From contig NW_004797526.1 of assembly GCF_000002075.1 (NCBI RefSeq), positions 484,694 through 522,255 of the forward strand: DNA of 37,562 nt, given 5' to 3'. A program made the translations under genes and the position numbers. Every line of letters starts with the position of its first letter. Within the stretch, counting starts at the first letter, position 1. Shown here piece by piece: positions 32,766-37,562 of the stretch. The notes under the pieces are model-generated. The model did not search any database, was not told where the DNA came from, and saw only the letters and a program-made list of their open reading frames with translations. The DNA comes from Aplysia californica (Eukaryota).

Positions 32766-34224
32766 TGTCCCTTAACATTAGACAATCGTTGCTAAATAAC
32801 AGAAGGCAGCATTGAAACTCCATTTTTCCACCAACTTCATATTTGTTCTTAGGCTGGATGTACAAAGGGTTTGACTGTGTTCTTTTTAAAAATATTTTTC
32901 ATCAAGTTCAAATGTAAATGCATGCAGCTGGAACAAAGGTTCTTGATTGACATTGCAGTGAAAGAGACAGATGGGTACATCATTCCCCAGCCACAATCCA
33001 TTATGTCTGTAGCCATCAATAATCATGGACAATTCTATTGTGGGGGCAGATTGTCACTACGTAGTTTTGTCAAGACAAAATCATTTTCAAACTTGTGAGT
33101 TGCTGCAGTCACAGCCAAACCCTCGCCTCATGTCAAAGCAACAATTTGACAAGTGAATGTTATAGTTTCTGAGACCTTTAGATTTAAAAGACATATATTT
33201 TTTTTACTGACACAATGATTGAAAGCTTTGTTGGTTGTAACAGTTAACACTTTGCGATCACTTGGCATAATAATGCGCCGATGAAAATTATCCGTTCAGG
33301 TCACCTGGCGCCAGACCCGAGAAGTCCGTTGCAGTCACTCTCCTGGCTGGGTGACCAGATGGAGTATTTTGTACAGCTGTTTCGGTCTAAGTGATCCGTG
33401 TCCTGTTTTGGCAATGCCTGCCTGAACTCAAGAACATGAGTTTCTTTGACTGCTTGTTTGGCAGTTTGAGGTAGATTCTCTTTCTCTTTTTGATCTTTTA
33501 CCAGAAATTTCTCAAAAATGTCCATATCAGATTTCCCAACTTCAGTCAACTGCAAATTTGGAACATAAGCAATTTGGCTAGTCGTAAGTTTTACTTTGTA
33601 AAGTTGTAAAATTATATTTCCTATATTCCCGAACAATTGTGTAGTCAAAATATGCCATGTGACTCATTTTTGTCTTATTGCCACTTTACATAGAACTTTG
33701 ATAATACGAACTTCTCAGGACTAGAAAATTTCTTCGTGTTCGTCAGATTTTGTGTTTAAAAAAGTTGCTATGCATAGAATAAAGAGGGGAAAAAATACAC
33801 CCAAAAAACGGGGATTCTTTCATGATGACAGGAATTTTGTACCAAAAGGCTTCATGTTATGACAACTCTAAAAAGTCTAATCTGTCCCTGTGGTTATAAT
33901 ATGCACCCAGCTTAATTTAGCAAAATTTGATATTTTTTTGCGTAATTTCTGATTATTTTCCTTTATCATTCTTTGTTAAAATTAACAGAATTCGCATAAT
34001 TTCACTTTTTTGGCTCAGTGTGCATAATTTCAAAATGTTTCTTGCATAAAACGAAGGGGACAATCTAATGCATTTACTTCTAGTCAAAATGCTCATGAAC
34101 AGTTTGGATGCTTGTTGGGTAGGTGTCAGTTATTGCAGTTTTACATTTACTGCTCTCGGAATTGCTTCTATATTCTGTAAGTGTGGGTGTGGTGTTCATA
34201 ATTATATATACTTACTCAAATTAA

Positions 34225-34534
34225 CCCTTCCAGCCCCAGCTCATTTTTGTGCACTCTCTAACCCCAGTCCCAGCCAATACAGCAGTATTTCAGAAAAAGA
34301 GGCATGCATTCTAAAAAGTGATGTAGTATCTTTGTAATCAGGTTTAAATAATAACTTATAACAATGTTTACTGGTAAATGAACAAATATTATGAAATTAT
34401 GAAAATTAAAGTTTAATTAAGATCGCTAATTTCGAAAAATACGCAAATTTGATCCCCCTCCCCCCGGAAACTGAGAATGTACGCTCATGAGACAAGAGCT
34501 GCTAAAAATATATACGCACTTGGGGCTGGAAGGC
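34225..34534. mobile_element. piggyBac-like MITE
   Basis: TTAA-cccttccagcccca ... tggggctggaaggc-TTAA. Confidence 0.8.
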
Positions 34535-35211
34535 TTAACACTTTGCCGACTGTTTACCACCCAGTTTCTTTGGATTTTCCACAAAATATGATGGCAAAGT
34601 GTTATGAATGATCATTAGAATTTTAAGTGTTCTCTTTTTTTAAGTCCCCTTTCCCTTTATCAGCAGCTTTACAGAATAACAAGGTTAACAATAAATACAT
34701 CTAAATCAAAGCATTACAAATTTTACAAATGATCTCACATCAGGTTTTGATATGAAGTTACAATTTTGTAACTATCTGCTAAAAAGCTCAGTACATAATG
34801 TTTTAATTTTTGTAGCTTATATCTATTTATTGGAGGGGGGGGGGGGTTTCATTGTTAACTTGGGCAAACGTGGTACTTGGAGAGATTTATGGATCCAAGT
34901 ATTGAAAATATATTTATGTTGGATTTTTTATAGAAAAGCTGAACTCTAAGTTTTTCAAATATTTTGAGTCGCTTTTGAGATATTGCTTCTTTTTTTTTTT
35001 TTTGAGGAAGGGTATAAAGATAGGAGTTCGAGGAAATGTGCTTTAAAGTTTTACGAACACAAACCACCACGAAGACACCAAAATGGCAGATCGGGCAAGG
35101 ATGGATAAGTAGTGTGTTTTGTTTGCAGAAGTAGTTATTCATGGGCACTGCTCTTTATAGTGATGGGGAAGTCCCAGTGATTATTTTGGTATATAACATG
35201 ATGGGGTTCAA

Positions 35212-35458
35212 CAAAAGATCATACATAACAAGATTGTTCACTCAGCCAAAAAACTGTCTTTGATCTTTGTTTTGGAAGCTCTCTTTCGTTTCTTCAGAAG
35301 AAGAATAGGAATAGCACAATTTGTTAATTTCTCTTTTATTGTTTTTCACACAAGTAGAAGTCCACGCTTTTTCTATGAGTGCGTGACCGAATTTTGAGGA
35401 CAGTTTTTTTAATTGGCTCAAAGAGAGGAGTGGACTATCTTGTTATGTACGATCTTTC
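35212..35458. mobile_element. Internally deleted, older copy of the 23205-23698 P-like MITE
   Basis: tacataacaagat...cactcagccaaaaaa...gaagctctctttcgttt...gaataggaatagcac and attttgaggaca.tttttt.aattggctcaaagaga...atcttgttatgtac are shared with 23205-23698. Confidence 0.88.
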
Positions 35459-37562
35459 AAATTCTTTTGTTCAACCAAAGAATCTCTACTAGTAGAGAAT
35501 CTTTGGTTCACCTTCACTTGAAGTGCAAAGTTAGGAAAAAGGAGACAGATCACGAGCATTGATCCGAGTCACTTGTTTAAGGCTATTTAAATTTTTTTAA
35601 AGAATACCTTGCTCTCAATCTGTCAAAATAGTTCCTAATGAAATACTGTACTTTAAAGTTGAATAAATGAGGATCCTTTTAGATTGTTTTTCATTTATGA
35701 AAAAACGTTTTGATTTAAAAAATGATTTTTTAAACATTATCAACCTGTAGCTCAAAATCATGTGGGTCAACTTTTCATCTTTCCCCAGGAGTGTACACAT
35801 GTTGTGCTAACGGTACAATTATACGATTTTTAATGTATCATTTATAGATCAAATGGCTTTTGGTTGCTTTTCTCTTTTATTTCTTTCAGAGTGTTTGTTG
35901 CTGGTGTTTTGTGCAAATTATTCATTTCTGGGTTTTTTTAAATTATTGTATCAAAGTCAATTGTGGACCGTGAATAGTGAGCATGGGTAATTATGACTTC
36001 GGCTAAAGTACATTTATTCTGAAGACGAACACACTGAGTCTGTCGACAGTCAGAGTGTATGAGCATGACTGTCATTTTGTCATTACAGCCCCATGCATAT
36101 TGTGAGCTAAATGCACTGTATCCAGGCCTGAAAATGATATTGCTGTGTGTCCAAAAGTGCATTTTTAAGGAGAAGCCAAAAACCTTATTTTCGAAAACCT
36201 CATTTTTTAAGCAAAATGGAAAGGACCTGTAGTATGATGTAGATGACAGTTAAGTCTGCTTGCCCTGTTTCGTCCTTCACCCTATTATAATGGGAGTTGT
36301 ACTCTGATTTCCTGCTGATATTCCAATGGTATTCAGCGCACATTTTTGTTTGTCTATGTCAGAAAAAATACTTTGACTTGGTACTTGTAGTTTGGTGCTG
36401 GAACCGACAAGATGACATTTACAGTGACAATGAAAGAAGAATTTGAAAACGGGAATTAAAGACAGCTGGGGACATTTCTTGCTTGAAAGAACCACAGTAC
36501 CCAATGTGTGCCTTTGTTTCAAGTGTCTTTGTTATAGGAACGTCATTTTTTGTTCCAATTATTCGCACTGCTGAAGTATTTTTACATGGTAGCAATGCTC
36601 AATGTTGTACTGCTGCTGAAGCACTTTTTGCACAGCACATTGCAGATCCACTTTTTAATCATTGTGATGTGTACCTTTTTAACTTTTGTCTTTTTTTTTT
36701 ACTCTTTTCGTTTGTGCTAAGTGGACTGGTTCTCATTGCGTCCTTTTCTTTCTCGCTTTGTTCGACAGTTTTTTTTGTAGATTCAATTTCACATTAGATT
36801 TAGTTAATTGTCCTTGCACAAAATAATTTTTTGTCTACTCTTGTTCTGTGGATGCTGTTGTAAGTAGAAGCCTTGAAATCTCTTTCCGTGTCTCAAAGTG
36901 GGCCTCTCTCATATCTTAAGTACATGAAAATAGAAGAAAGGAAATGACAACCCTCCTTGAAAGCTCAAATTCAGTTTAGGCTTGTGTTGTTGTTTTTTGT
37001 TTGTTTTTTTAATAGACTCTCATGAGAAATAAACAAATTTATTGGTGGATATCTATCACTGGTAGGTTGATTTTATATACTTTTTCACTATCCTTCAGTT
37101 GTTTTCATTGTGATGAAATTGATTTTTTGTGCCTTGGATTTCTAAAGCATGTCTGGAGCCCTTACTCGTTCTTCCTGCTGCAATATGTAAAAGGAACTTA
37201 TTCCAGGCACCAACGTTGCTGAAGAAATGCACAGTGGAGTCTCACCTGCAAATATTTGCATGTGTTTAATTCATCGACATCGTTTGGGATTTGCTCCAAG
37301 AACCTGCTACATTGTCTCATGTAATTTACTGTAAATATATAACAGTTGATGCATTTTTCTTATTTATTTTCTGTCTTTGCATTGTTAGTGCCAACAGGTT
37401 TTCTCTATAATCTAGCTCGCACATAGTGAAATCGGCAAGACACTGGAATCTATTTGCGTGTGAGACACTAGACTGTATTTTGAGCTTAACAAAGTACATT
37501 GTGTTCAGTGTGATGAGTTTTTTCCTGTTGGTGTTGCTACTGTTGCTTGGTTTTTGTTTTAT

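Noticed and set aside
36277-36800. Coding-looking Lys/Glu-rich minus-strand stretch and ORFs 36277..36522 / 36483..36797
   Set aside because: In-frame stops, no recognisable domain and no clear splice sites; cannot be supported as CDS.
1-37562. Prokaryotic-type systems (CRISPR arrays, operons, rRNA)
   Set aside because: The DNA is intron-containing eukaryotic sequence; no regularly spaced repeat-spacer array or rRNA motifs were seen.

Overview
Eukaryotic, AT-rich, repeat-rich animal genomic DNA with two assembly gaps (10218-10390, 25565-25841). The repeat style suggests a mollusc or other lophotrochozoan, but this is inference only. Two spliced protein-coding genes could be assembled by hand, arranged head-to-head. 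(1) A minus-strand UBTD1/UBTD2-family gene has 3 coding exons (21706-21628, 17708-17472, 16090-15696) and encodes 236 aa. (2) A plus-strand multi-domain Bcl-2-family, BAX-like gene has 4 coding exons (26621-26853, 27373-27490, 28867-29091, 29910-30020) and encodes 228 aa with BH3, BH1, BH2 and a C-terminal tail anchor. Its BH1 reads TRER instead of the near-invariant NWGR, which is the most notable observation. The rest is introns, UTRs and intergenic DNA filled with nested non-autonomous transposons (Tigger/pogo-, P- and piggyBac-like MITEs, a long-TIR element), RTE LINE relics and SINE-like repeats. There is also an orphan minus-strand terminal-exon signature at about 2860-4460. All alignments were done by eye and no database searches were run.
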